From a virus, in IMG/VR virus record IMGVR_UViG_3300036715_003254, positions 74,482 to 138,481 of that record: a DNA stretch of 64,000 nt. One strand, written 5' to 3'. The translations under genes and the position numbers were made by a program. The notes beneath the pieces were generated by a model that saw nothing but the letters and a program-made list of their open reading frames with translations, had not been told where the DNA came from and did not search any database. This document shows, piece after piece, positions 38,716-48,530 of the stretch. How positions within the stretch are numbered: the first letter of the stretch is position 1; the number at the start of each line of letters is the position of its first letter.

Positions 38716-38860
38716 TTGATATTCCTTTAATAGAGTTTTTTGTAGTAACTTTTTTCTTATTTTTATTATCAGACAAAGGATTTACATCAGAACGACCCAT
38801 AATGTAATCCATAAGAGCAGATTTGTTGTCTCTAATAGCTTGCTTGTAACTTTTAGTCAT
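38708..38860 (-). CDS. Small hypothetical protein (50 aa), not in ORF track
   Basis: MTKSYKQAIRDNK..., AAGGA RBS, promoter at ~38888-38920. Confidence 0.55.
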   Translation of the reverse strand: MTKSYKQAIRDNKSALMDYIMGRSDVNPLSDNKNKKKVTTKNSIKGISNE

Positions 38861-38918
38861 TTTATTCCTTTCAAACTTTTATTATAAAAATTATATCTAA
38901 TTAAACCTTAAAGAAACC

Positions 38919-39167
38919 TTAATTTTTATCTTTTCTTTTTCTTGTAGAGGAAGGCTCAAACGCTTTACAAAAATATTGATCTTTTATACTTTTGTAGAAT
39001 TTACTTCTTTCAAATAGATAGCTTAAATTATAAAAAGTTTCGAATGCTTTACTTGCACTGTACTCGGTGTCAAGAATGATTACAGGAGGATATGTTGCAT
39101 CTAACATTTCGTTAAACATTTTTGTGAGTTCTGGAAGAGAAATTTCTATTCTTTCTTTTTTCTTCAT
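38919..39167 (-). CDS. Hypothetical protein
   Basis: AGGAG RBS; FNEMLD..YP motif. Confidence 0.6.
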   Translation of the reverse strand: MKKKERIEISLPELTKMFNEMLDATYPPVIILDTEYSASKAFETFYNLSYLFERSKFYKSIKDQYFCKAFEPSSTRKRKDKN

Positions 39168-39318
39168 TTTTAAATCTCCTTTATAAAGAAGAATTTTAAT
39201 AGAAAAATACTTAAATATTCCTTAATTTATTTTGTTTGAAGAAACAAATATGGAGTTTATAATATAGGAGAGTAGGAGTAAGAGAGAATATTGTATTCTC
39301 TCTTTTAAAGAAAAAAAC

Positions 39319-39585
39319 TTAATTTAAATTTTTCAATTCGAAAATCGGAGTTTCTTCATTCAATTTTTCAAACACATAGACACTGTTCATAGTTCTGAAA
39401 GTCATTTTGCTGTCTTCATAGCTTATGTCTTTCACAATAGAACTTTTAAGCCAGTACCTCAAAGTGTCAAAATAGAAACAACCATCCGGAAGCATTTTTA
39501 GGTATCCTGATAAGTTAATATAGCTCAAAAACTTACTATTAGTAGTATATTTTAAAATTGCATGACATTCTTCAAAAATTTTCAT
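39319..39585 (-). CDS. Hypothetical protein
   Basis: SSIV..I...F.T.NSVY motif common in phage proteins. Confidence 0.6.
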   Translation of the reverse strand: MKIFEECHAILKYTTNSKFLSYINLSGYLKMLPDGCFYFDTLRYWLKSSIVKDISYEDSKMTFRTMNSVYVFEKLNEETPIFELKNLN

Positions 39586-39588
39586 ATT

Positions 39589-40299
39589 TCAATCCTTTTT
39601 ACATATTTCAGCTTTTCTAAAGTCACAATACTCACAAAGTCTGCTTTCACATTTTGGAAATTCTTCAGAAGTTTCTACGCCTCTTACCTTTTCTGCGAGT
39701 CCTTTCGCCATTTCTGAAAGACCACTTCTCTCGAAACAAATTTCGTTTTCGTTATCAGACTCTGGGTAGACATATGTACAGTGTATTCGGTTTACCTCTG
39801 GATACATTCTAAACAACCAAATAGCGTATAGTTTAACTTGCTCAAATGATTGGTATTGAAGATCTTTATACTTACCTGTTTTCCAATCCACAACCCAAAA
39901 CTCGCCATCTTTTTTGAGAATTTTATCGATGAAACCTCTAAATACAGCACTTTTAGAATAGTAATTACAAGGATTAAATTTCTCATCCAAGCCAAAAGCT
40001 ACTTCTGTTCCAACAGTAACAAATTCGTCAGAGTTAAGGTATTTTCCTACAAGACCACCTAAAGACCTTTCGAAAAGATCTTCTATGTCCTTTCTTAAGT
40101 CATCTGGAATTTTGTAATCAGGATTCGGTTTTTGTTCAACAGAGTATTGCTCGGTAAGATGGTGAAAATAGCTTCCTCTCAACAAAGCAATAGATGTTTC
40201 TACTTTTGGTCGAATTTTGTCTATATATGTCAGTTTGAATTTAAAAGGACAAGAATAGAATGTTTCTAACTTTGAATGCGAAAAAGGAGCGTATTTCAT
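39589..40299 (-). CDS. Cas4-like PD-(D/E)XK exonuclease
   Basis: SHSKL..CP, GFIDK, VDWKTG, QVKLY, CEYCDF...C. Confidence 0.9.
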   Translation of the reverse strand: MKYAPFSHSKLETFYSCPFKFKLTYIDKIRPKVETSIALLRGSYFHHLTEQYSVEQKPNPDYKIPDDLRKDIEDLFERSLGGLVGKYLNSDEFVTVGTEVAFGLDEKFNPCNYYSKSAVFRGFIDKILKKDGEFWVVDWKTGKYKDLQYQSFEQVKLYAIWLFRMYPEVNRIHCTYVYPESDNENEICFERSGLSEMAKGLAEKVRGVETSEEFPKCESRLCEYCDFRKAEICKKD

Positions 40300-40586
40300 T
40301 TTGTCGCCGCTTTATAATATCTGATTGCTTTAGCGGAATTTGGAAATATTTTGTCTGTCCAGTCGAAAACGTGTGACATACCATCAAATTTTCTTAATAC
40401 ATTAATAATGTAGATTCTTGAGTCAAGATTTTTCTCTGATGTTATAAACACAATCTCTTCTTCAGTATGTTTAAGAATTTTTCCTATTCTTCTTTTAAAT
40501 GATATTCTTTCGATATCACTAAAAAAGAAGCCTTTATAGTCAGAAGTAAGTTTAGATTCTCCAAGATATTTTTCGGCGTTATTCAT
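40296..40586 (-). CDS. 'EKYLG' paralog family member
   Basis: MNNAEKYLGxSKLT..Y.G.FF..KILK....I.FITSE. Confidence 0.85.
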   Translation of the reverse strand: MNNAEKYLGESKLTSDYKGFFFSDIERISFKRRIGKILKHTEEEIVFITSEKNLDSRIYIINVLRKFDGMSHVFDWTDKIFPNSAKAIRYYKAATK

Positions 40587-40662
40587 ATTTGAATCTCCCT
40601 TTTTAATTTCGTATATTTTATCTAAAATTTTCTTAGAGAAAGCTTAAAGAGAAAAGAAAAAA

Positions 40663-40965
40663 TTATTTAAACACCTTTTTGTAGTAAGCAATCGCTTTAG
40701 CGGAAGATGGGAATTTTTCATCCGTCAAATCTCTAATATCAGGTCTTCCTTCGAATCTCTTAAGAACTCTGATGGAATAAAGTCTCAAACCAAAATCTTT
40801 ATCTTCATATTTTTCCGATGTTATGAATATTATCTCTTCATCAGTAGATTTAAGAATTTTTCCTACTCTGCTTTTGAAAATTTTCATATTGATATCACTA
40901 AAGAAAAAACCTTCATATTCGGAAGTGAGTTTAGAGTAACCTAGATATTTTTCGGCGTTATTCAT
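40663..40965 (-). CDS. 'EKYLG' paralog family member
   Basis: Same motifs, own promoter cassette. Confidence 0.85.
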   Translation of the reverse strand: MNNAEKYLGYSKLTSEYEGFFFSDINMKIFKSRVGKILKSTDEEIIFITSEKYEDKDFGLRLYSIRVLKRFEGRPDIRDLTDEKFPSSAKAIAYYKKVFK

Positions 40966-41057
40966 ATTTAAATCTCCCTTTTTGATTTAGAAAATCATAC
41001 CTAAAAAATTCTTAGAGAAAGCTTAAAGGAAAGATTCTATTTGAACATCATTTCATA

Positions 41058-41178
41058 GTGAACCGCTCTGCCGTAAACGGCGGTGCTTCCTAACTAGCAG
41101 CTTCCAACGAAGCTGAAACACGAAAGGCTTTGTGTTTATATAAGTCCACAAGGTTAGTTCCTAGCCCAAACGACTTCA
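41058..41178 (-). ncRNA. omega-RNA scaffold / right end of tnpB copy 2
   Basis: Homologous hairpins ending GCGGTTCAC. Confidence 0.75.
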
Positions 41179-42499
41179 TACCTCTATATAGTATATGTAC
41201 TGAAGCTTGATGATCAGGATTTGTTTCGTGTCCGCAAGCTGTACATTTAAATTTGTCTTGTTTTGGTCTGTTGTTCTTATCAATATTACCACAGTTTAAA
41301 CAAGTCATAGAAGTATATGCAGGATCTACTTTCACAAACAATTTGCCATTAAGCGATTGCTTATATTCAAGCATAGAAGTAAACTGATAGAATGAAGCAC
41401 CTAAAATAGCTTTGTTTAAACCTGCTTTTTGTCTAACATTTTTTCCGTGTTTGACTTCATTTCCTTTAGCAGATTTAGTCATATTTTTCAATTTAAGGTC
41501 TTCAACTACTATCAAATCAAATTTGTTTGTTAATCTTGAAGAGATTTGGTGGTATAGATCCATTTTCTTATTAGTTATTTTCTTATGTAGTTTATTTAAT
41601 TGTTGTTGTGTTTTATTATAGTTTCTCCCTAATTTGGATTTTGTCTTTTTGCTTTTTAGGATTCTTCTTGATTGCTTTCGTTTAAGACGTCTAATTATGT
41701 CTTTTTCCGTCAGTATTTTACGATTAGAAGAACCATTGTTAATGAAATTTCCTGATTCAACCGATACAAGATTAGATATCGGTTCAAAGAGAAAATCTAT
41801 TTCACTTGATACTGCAAAGTTATATACATTCATATCTATACCTATACAATTGTCTTCTTTTAAACTGTTAATAGATATCTGTTCCATTTCCTTTTCAAAA
41901 GAAATTCCTACACTAGCGTAATAGCCTGTTGCATCTCTAGAAATTACAACAGAAGTAAGTTTATATTCTTTCGGCAGTTCTCTATGATATCTTAGTTTGA
42001 TATTTTGCTTCATCAATTTCAAAATAGCATTTCTTTTATCTGTTTCTTTAATGCTCACATTTTGATTACTCCATACAGATGATTGTCTTACATCTTTACT
42101 TGATTTAAACTTTGGAAAACCTATCGATAACGCTTTTGCTTTTTCTTTTGGAGTTATTGCTTTAGAAAGAGCTTTATTTCTTTCATCCACAACATATTTC
42201 GAAAATGCTCTTTTGACAGCTTTAAGGAAATTTATTCTAGCTTGTTGAATGACAACAGAAGAAAATGGTATTTTTCTAAGTTTTAAAGCTCTTTTTATAA
42301 CTCTGTCGTAAGACGAATCTTTCCTGTATTTTCTTTGGTCTTTATCAAGCTTTTTGTTTCTTTCTTGTTCTTTTTGCCATAGATTAAGACAGATGTTATA
42401 AGATTGGTTATAAACGAACATTTGGTGATCAAGAACTTTCTTTTGTTCTTCAGTAGGATACAACCGATATTTATAACCTAGAAATACAGTTTTGTTCAT
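41090..42499 (-). CDS. tnpB: RNA-guided endonuclease TnpB, copy 2, no tnpA
   Basis: Same length (469 aa) and motifs as copy 1; D/E/D RuvC residues present. Confidence 0.95.
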   Translation of the reverse strand: MNKTVFLGYKYRLYPTEEQKKVLDHQMFVYNQSYNICLNLWQKEQERNKKLDKDQRKYRKDSSYDRVIKRALKLRKIPFSSVVIQQARINFLKAVKRAFSKYVVDERNKALSKAITPKEKAKALSIGFPKFKSSKDVRQSSVWSNQNVSIKETDKRNAILKLMKQNIKLRYHRELPKEYKLTSVVISRDATGYYASVGISFEKEMEQISINSLKEDNCIGIDMNVYNFAVSSEIDFLFEPISNLVSVESGNFINNGSSNRKILTEKDIIRRLKRKQSRRILKSKKTKSKLGRNYNKTQQQLNKLHKKITNKKMDLYHQISSRLTNKFDLIVVEDLKLKNMTKSAKGNEVKHGKNVRQKAGLNKAILGASFYQFTSMLEYKQSLNGKLFVKVDPAYTSMTCLNCGNIDKNNRPKQDKFKCTACGHETNPDHQASVHILYRGMKSFGLGTNLVDLYKHKAFRVSASLEAAS

Positions 42500-42666
42500 A
42501 TAATTTAGCTTTAATCCATTTTATAATTAGATTATTTATCTCTTTTCGCTTAAAAAATTATAACTGAAAAAAAGTTTAAAATAACTTAAAATCATCTTCT
42601 AACAAATTTCTACGAATATTTTAGTGAACTACTCCTTCGTAAACAGCGGAGTGGTTCGTTTGATTA

Positions 42667-42948
42667 TCATTTCTCATAATAAGCAATCGCATCGGCAAGA
42701 GCCGGAAAGCTTACATTTTCCCATTTAACAACTTGTGGATTTTCGTCTAATCTTCTAAGGGTTCTGATTACAAAAACTCTTTTGTAGTATTTTTCTGATG
42801 TCACGAAAATTATTTCGTCGTTACTAGATTTAAGAATTTTTTTGACTTTGAGCTTTAAATATTTCACATTTTCTTCGTCAAAGAAATCGCCTTTATAATC
42901 GGCTGTCAGTTTAGAGCGACCTAGATATTTTTCGACGTTTGTTGTCAT
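42667..42948 (-). CDS. 'EKYLG' paralog family member
   Basis: Family motifs. Confidence 0.85.
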   Translation of the reverse strand: MTTNVEKYLGRSKLTADYKGDFFDEENVKYLKLKVKKILKSSNDEIIFVTSEKYYKRVFVIRTLRRLDENPQVVKWENVSFPALADAIAYYEK

Positions 42949-43024
42949 TTCAAAATCCTTTTTTAATTTCGAAAATTATATCTAAACTTACCTTAAAGGA
43001 AGCTTAAAAAGAAAAGATGGAAAT

Positions 43025-43315
43025 TTATTTAGACTCCTTTTTGTAGTAAGCAATTGCTTTAGCGGAAGATGAGAATTTTTTATCTGTCCAATGCGTAACA
43101 CTTGTCTTTCCTTCAAGTCTTTTAAGAACCCTGACAGAATAAAGTCTTGTAACATAATATTTTTCTGATGTTATGAATATAATTTCATCTTCAGAATTTT
43201 TAAGAATTTTTCCTATTCTACTTTTGAAAGATTTCATAGTGCTTTCATCGAAATAATACCCTTCACATTCAGCAGTAAGTTTAGAGTAACCTAGATATTT
43301 TTCTACATTTGTCAT
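43025..43315 (-). CDS. 'EKYLG' paralog family member
   Basis: Family motifs; start MTNVEK. Confidence 0.85.
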   Translation of the reverse strand: MTNVEKYLGYSKLTAECEGYYFDESTMKSFKSRIGKILKNSEDEIIFITSEKYYVTRLYSVRVLKRLEGKTSVTHWTDKKFSSSAKAIAYYKKESK

Positions 43316-43370
43316 TTCGAAATCCTTTTTTAATTTCAAAAATTATATCTAGATTTTTCTTAAAGGAAGC

Positions 43371-43976
43371 TTAAATTTCAAGTTTCCTGTTATCTTCTTG
43401 ACCATTTTCATCAATTTTTTGATAATTACCTTCTGTGTAACCACCTTCTATTCGACTATGATTCAACTTATTCTTTTGATAATAACCATTCTCAAGTTCT
43501 TCCCAAGTCATATCAGATTCTTTCAACAAATATTTTAACATTCTTACACCAGATGAAACTGACATTCTTATATCTCTTAGATAAGTATAATAGATAAATC
43601 CTTGAAAGCCATTAAGAATATTCATAAGATTTGAATCATTACTTATAATATCTAGACCACTTTTTTCTAAATGAAGTTTTATAATATCTATATCAGATAT
43701 TAATAGCCAACTTGTTAACATAAAATGAAGAATATCAACAATCTCAACTTTTTTATTTTGAGCGTCATCTTCTAGATTTTTCCTCCACCACTTCTAACCT
43801 TTAGTATTATTTGTAGCTACTCCTCCAGATCTAGGTGAAGATTCAAGCCATTCAGCAAGTTCAGTTAATGCGGCAGCAAGAACCTGTTCCTGAGAAATAG
43901 ACTCTCTCCAGTTTGGAACATATTTTGTATTTAGTATTTGTTGAGCTTCTAGAAGCCCTTTCGGGTCTTTAAACCT
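43371..43976 (-). pseudogene. dut: Dimeric (all-alpha) dUTPase with in-frame TAG and apparent start-codon lesion
   Basis: ELAEWLES...G*KWWRK...VEIVDILHF...YYQKNKLNHSR..GY in one frame; TAG at 43794-43796; AGG at 43974-43976 after an AAGGA RBS. Confidence 0.8.
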
Positions 43977-43986
43977 TTTTATTCCT

Positions 43987-44529
43987 TTAAAAGTTTTCTT
44001 TTGACAATATTTCTTCAACGAACTTCTCAAACTCAGTTGTTCCATTCATACGATTTTCGAATGTATAACTAGCTTTAAAACTATCTTGTTGTTTATCAAA
44101 GTCATTCTTTTTATGAATAGGATTTTTATTTTCGATTTTAATAATTGTAAATCCATTCTTAATTGCCCAATTATATTCATTTGGTGTTCTTACATCTGAA
44201 ATTACTATATTTTCTACACCTTGAAGTAGTTCTAGATTTTCTTGAACCATTCTTATGAATATATTATCTTCTATTTGTCTGATTGAATTAAGACTTAACC
44301 AAATCTCTCTAGGAGTTTTATCTATAAGTTCACCAGTAGATGTTCTTATATTAAGAGGCTTTTCTTTTTTTTCTGGAGGATAGTCTTGTTCGATCCAAGA
44401 AAAAATTTTCTTAGCACACTTTTTTAATTGATCAGAAAAGCTTAATCTAACAAATCCTTTTGGTATAAGAACATTTTCTATAAGATAATCTTTTCCAGAA
44501 CCAGAGTAACCATAAAGAGCTAATCTCAT
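43987..44529 (-). CDS. Deoxynucleoside monophosphate kinase
   Basis: GYSGSGKD, FSDQLK, TPREIW, ISDVRTPNE. Confidence 0.88.
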   Translation of the reverse strand: MRLALYGYSGSGKDYLIENVLIPKGFVRLSFSDQLKKCAKKIFSWIEQDYPPEKKEKPLNIRTSTGELIDKTPREIWLSLNSIRQIEDNIFIRMVQENLELLQGVENIVISDVRTPNEYNWAIKNGFTIIKIENKNPIHKKNDFDKQQDSFKASYTFENRMNGTTEFEKFVEEILSKENF

Positions 44530-44642
44530 AAATATCCTTTATTTTATGAAAATTATAATCTAATTAAGTTTAATTATTAGAACTCTTAAGACTGAAAAGA
44601 CTTCCGCATTTTATACAAATATAACAAATTATTGAAAAATTT

Positions 44643-45179
44643 CTAAGACTTTTCATTTTCTATGATATCCAAAATCTTTTTAACTACACCTTTTCCATTT
44701 TTAAGTGAAATAAAAGGAATATTATTTTTAGTTAATAATTCTTTTATCTGTATCTCTTTTTGAATACTTTCTTCAAAATTATAATTTCTTCCATAATCTT
44801 CAAATTCAAACTCTAAATTTCTTTCAAGAAATATGTTTATATTTTCATATGAATTAAACATAGCTAAAACAAAATCATTAAACTCTTTTCTTGGAAGATG
44901 TTTATGATCAATTAAGTAAACTAAACTTAAAAGAAATGGACTATCGTGTACAATATAGTCGACTTGATTATCAAGCTTAAATTGTGGAAAACTTTGTTCA
45001 GCAAAAACATGCGGTTGATAGCTAAGAAGAATCCAATCTTTTCTATATACAAGACTCTTGGCATATTCATAAACATACTCTACAGAGTATCCCTTTCTCT
45101 TCATTTTACTAAAGAGCTGTGTAGTAACAGTTGATTTTCCACAAGATGGTCCGCCAAAAAGATTTATATTCACTGCCAT
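44643..45179 (-). CDS. NadR/Ttd14-like P-loop kinase
   Basis: INLFGGPSCGKST, EYAK, DSPFLL. Confidence 0.8.
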   Translation of the reverse strand: MAVNINLFGGPSCGKSTVTTQLFSKMKRKGYSVEYVYEYAKSLVYRKDWILLSYQPHVFAEQSFPQFKLDNQVDYIVHDSPFLLSLVYLIDHKHLPRKEFNDFVLAMFNSYENINIFLERNLEFEFEDYGRNYNFEESIQKEIQIKELLTKNNIPFISLKNGKGVVKKILDIIENEKS

Positions 45180-45302
45180 AGGAAAGTCTATATCCTTTCT
45201 TGAATTTGAAAGTTAATTATATTTTATCTGAAAAGGGTTTAAAAATATTTTACCAGATTTATTAAATCTTTTAATATGTTTTTCTGATATAAAGAATATA
45301 TT

Positions 45303-45845
45303 TTAATTATTATAATCCTTTAAAAGAAACTCTTCATTAATATCTTCCCAAGAGTCTACTGTTAAGAAACGATTATCATTTCCAGAACAAAACATATTTT
45401 TAAATCTTATTATTTTTGTATCTGGTTGATATTTTTTAACTAATTCAAGATTTTCTGTATGATCATCAATAAAAATGTCCATTTTAATATATTGTTTTTC
45501 TTTAGTTGAAATAAAACCTGAAGCAAAAGGAAAATATCTGTTCAAAAATCTTTGTTTACTATTGATATGTTCTGGAAAACAAGCCGAAACGAAAACAATA
45601 TCATAGCTTTCTGAAAGTTTTTTCAAGACATCAACCGAATGTTCAAATGGAAAAAGGTCATCATATAAAGTATCTATTTTCCAAAAGTCTGATGGACTCG
45701 GATGGTTTACCATAAGCTCATCAATAAAATAATGATTTTTCTTTGGAACAAACTTAGAATTTGTTTCGTCTTCGTACCATTTTATCCATTTTGTGACAGG
45801 ATCCACAACGGTAAGATCCACATCAACGCCGAGTACCTTTCTCAT
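45303..45845 (-). CDS. 5'(3')-deoxyribonucleotidase (HAD)
   Basis: DVDLTV, FVSA, K..FL..YFPF, FIDD. Confidence 0.85.
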   Translation of the reverse strand: MRKVLGVDVDLTVVDPVTKWIKWYEDETNSKFVPKKNHYFIDELMVNHPSPSDFWKIDTLYDDLFPFEHSVDVLKKLSESYDIVFVSACFPEHINSKQRFLNRYFPFASGFISTKEKQYIKMDIFIDDHTENLELVKKYQPDTKIIRFKNMFCSGNDNRFLTVDSWEDINEEFLLKDYNN

Positions 45846-45903
45846 ATTTTTCCTTTATCTTTTTTATTTGATAAATTATATCTAGATTTTCCTTAAAGAA
45901 GAC

Positions 45904-46206
45904 TTAAAGAAAAAATTCATTTAACGATTTTTTGTAGTATTCGATAGCATCATCGAGAGTCGAAAAAAATTTATCTTTCCTCCAAAAAATATGAGGTTTT
46001 TCGCTTAATCTGGTAAGAAACTTGACGAAAAAAAATCTTTCGCCATCGCATTCTTCTGATGTTATAAACGCTATTTCCTCATCAGTATCTTCAAGAATTT
46101 TTTCGACTCGGATTTTTAAAGAATTCATATTCTCATCACTAAAGAAAGAACCTTTATAATCGGCGGCAAGTTTAGATTCGCCAAGATATTTTTCGGCGTT
46201 TGTCAT
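45904..46206 (-). CDS. 'EKYLG' paralog family member
   Basis: Start MTNAEKYLG. Confidence 0.85.
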   Translation of the reverse strand: MTNAEKYLGESKLAADYKGSFFSDENMNSLKIRVEKILEDTDEEIAFITSEECDGERFFFVKFLTRLSEKPHIFWRKDKFFSTLDDAIEYYKKSLNEFFL

Positions 46207-46228
46207 ATAAATCCTTTTAAAAGAAAAT

Positions 46229-46516
46229 TCATTTAGCCGCCTCTTCGTAAAAGGCGACGGCATCAACTAAAGTTGGAAAATATTCGTTTGTCCATTCAAC
46301 GACTCGAGGGATATCATCAAATCTTTTGAGAACTCTAATAACAAAAACTCTCTTTTTGTGTTTTTCTCTTGTTATGAAAATTATTTCTTCGTCGCTAGAT
46401 TTAAGAATTTTTATGAATTTTCTTTTGAAGATTTTCATTTTATTTATGTCAAAGAAAGAGCCTCTATAATCGGCTGTAAGCCGAGAAACTCCGAGACAAT
46501 TTTCGATATTTGTCAT
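46229..46516 (-). CDS. 'EKYLG' paralog family member
   Basis: MTNIENCLGVSRLTADY. Confidence 0.85.
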   Translation of the reverse strand: MTNIENCLGVSRLTADYRGSFFDINKMKIFKRKFIKILKSSDEEIIFITREKHKKRVFVIRVLKRFDDIPRVVEWTNEYFPTLVDAVAFYEEAAK

Positions 46517-46816
46517 TTAAACGCCTAAATTATTTTGTTTTTCAAAATATTCGATCGCTTCTTCAGCAGTCGAAAAAACAGGATCTAACAAAATGAAAAT
46601 ACGAGGTTTTTTACGAAATTTTTTAAGAGTTCTGATGATGTATATCCTTTTATCAAGAATTTTTTCTGATGTTAAAAACATAATTTTATTTGAAGTGTAT
46701 TTAAGTATTTTCTCTATTTGTAAATCACGAGATTCAATAAATTCTTCATCAAAGAAATTGTCTTCGTATTCGGTGGTAAGTTTAGAAGTCCCGAGATATT
46801 TTTCGATGTTTTTCAT
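46517..46816 (-). CDS. 'EKYLG' paralog family member
   Basis: Family motifs. Confidence 0.85.
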   Translation of the reverse strand: MKNIEKYLGTSKLTTEYEDNFFDEEFIESRDLQIEKILKYTSNKIMFLTSEKILDKRIYIIRTLKKFRKKPRIFILLDPVFSTAEEAIEYFEKQNNLGV

Positions 46817-46882
46817 TTTGAAACCCTTTTTAATTTCGAAAATTATAACTAAACTTACCTTAAATTACACTTAATGAGAATT

Positions 46883-47176
46883 TTATTTTGCGAGGCTTTC
46901 GTAATATTTTATAGCTTTAAACGGAGTTTCAAATTCCATATTTACAAAGTCATAAACGCCAGGAACATCATCATCTACTCTTTTTAGAATGTTTATTCTA
47001 TAAATTCTTTTATTGACTCCTTTTTTAGATACCAGAAAAATCGCTTCTTCGTCGTCATTTTTTAGAACTTTTCCGATTCTGATGTCCAATTTTCTTAAAA
47101 ATTTACTGTCAAAATAGTTACCTCTAAAATCAGAAGTGAGTTTAGTATTACCTAGATATTTTTCGATGTTTTTCAT
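46883..47176 (-). CDS. 'EKYLG' paralog family member
   Basis: Family motifs. Confidence 0.85.
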   Translation of the reverse strand: MKNIEKYLGNTKLTSDFRGNYFDSKFLRKLDIRIGKVLKNDDEEAIFLVSKKGVNKRIYRINILKRVDDDVPGVYDFVNMEFETPFKAIKYYESLAK

Positions 47177-47240
47177 TTTGGAATCCTTCTTTTTTAATTT
47201 AGAAAATTATAACTAAACTTTTCTTAAAGAAAGCTTAAAT
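47177..47240 (-). promoter_or_regulatory. Representative repeated early promoter/RBS cassette
   Basis: TTTAAGCTTTCTTTAAGAAAAGTTTAGTTATAAT...AAGGATT..AAATG; similar copies near 25515, 27555, 38890, 40615, 40995, 42975, 43340, 45875, 46840. Confidence 0.8.
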
Positions 47241-47268
47241 AGAGAAATTATTTCATAAATTTTCGTTT

Positions 47269-48408
47269 TCAAAAATCTTCTAAACTTTCTACTTTTTCTA
47301 ATTTCCAATTCAAAGGCTTCGCAAGAATTTCTATATTTGGAAGAAAACTTTGTACCCAATTCTTTTCATAGTCTATTATATTCGGCGGCAAATAATCAAA
47401 AATTCTCTCGTCGAGAAAGCCCATAACTGGATAGCCTAGTTTGTTCGGCTCTTTCAAATAAAGGAAATGAAGTCTATCCTCTAATGTTATTTTTCTAAAT
47501 TCTTTTAAAAGGTTATTTTTCTCTATATACTCATTGTGTGACATCGCTGCTCTTGAGTTTATAGGTATAGGAAGCTTAGCACCATTTTTATTTGTTCTTT
47601 CGGAATATCCTGTTGCTAGGTCATAGTCAAAACTGTTTACACCTAGAATTTTAGAAATTTCTTTAGGAGACGCTTTCATAAACTCTTTTTTAATTCCTTT
47701 TAACCAATCTAGTAATTGGTCGTTATTTCCATAAAGGAATATGTCAAGAGATTTAACAACCTCTTTTCTGACAAATAATGGTGTAGAGGATTTTACTAGT
47801 GTAATTCCCTTCATTACTCTTTCAGGTTTTGCGTATCTAACACCTTCATTATCGAGAACATCACATATATAGGTTTTCTTACCCATAATTAAGAAAACAG
47901 AACAAATCTTTTCTCTCTCGCAAACCAACACTTCAGGCTTTTGAATATTAAATCTACTAGAAAACTCTTTTATTGAGTCATCAATTATAGGTTGGATTTT
48001 TACTTTTACAAATTTGTCTAGGAATGTTGCTATTTCGTCGTCAGTTTTTTCACCGACTTTTTCGATCCAAGAATCGACTATTGGTTCGAGAGTAAACATA
48101 GCCGAGTCTGTATCACCATAAACTAAAAACTCTTTATTCTTATAAGTTGGACTTAGAGCTTTAAGTTTTTTATTAACTTCACTAGACATAAATCTGTTAA
48201 GGTATCTACCATTAGAAGTTATCGACGCTGCTATTTCATTATCAAACAAAACGAAATATTCATTAGCGAAAGCTCCATAACCGGAGTTAAGTGAAATTTT
48301 CAAGGCTTGCTCAATTAAGTAATATCTCTCATATTCGGTTTTACAATATTCTTTAAGCTTTTCTAATTCTTCTAGACTCAATGAGGATAGATCTTCAGGT
48401 ATTTCCAT
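47269..48408 (-). CDS. gp43: Family B DNA polymerase, C-terminal subunit
   Basis: KISLNSGYG, YGDTDS, KKTY, KSSTP. Confidence 0.95.
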   Translation of the reverse strand: MEIPEDLSSLSLEELEKLKEYCKTEYERYYLIEQALKISLNSGYGAFANEYFVLFDNEIAASITSNGRYLNRFMSSEVNKKLKALSPTYKNKEFLVYGDTDSAMFTLEPIVDSWIEKVGEKTDDEIATFLDKFVKVKIQPIIDDSIKEFSSRFNIQKPEVLVCEREKICSVFLIMGKKTYICDVLDNEGVRYAKPERVMKGITLVKSSTPLFVRKEVVKSLDIFLYGNNDQLLDWLKGIKKEFMKASPKEISKILGVNSFDYDLATGYSERTNKNGAKLPIPINSRAAMSHNEYIEKNNLLKEFRKITLEDRLHFLYLKEPNKLGYPVMGFLDERIFDYLPPNIIDYEKNWVQSFLPNIEILAKPLNWKLEKVESLEDF

Positions 48409-48530
48409 AGAAAGCCTTTTTATTTTTATTATACTGAATTTAGGTTTAAAATTTGGGAGGAATAAATAAGAAGTATCGTTCGCGAGATGGCAGTCTCCAA
48501 CGACTCTATGATAAAAGGAGTATCACAGCA

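Noticed and set aside
39589-40299. Cas4-like gene as part of a CRISPR system
   Set aside because: No array or other cas genes; solo Cas4-like nucleases are common in such phages.
43794-43796. Genome-wide TAG recoding
   Set aside because: Other conserved genes are uninterrupted under the standard code, and TAG ends genes normally (e.g. primase, Pol N-subunit).
40296-47176. Diversity-generating retroelement acting on the paralog family
   Set aside because: No reverse transcriptase in the window, and differences are not adenine-specific.
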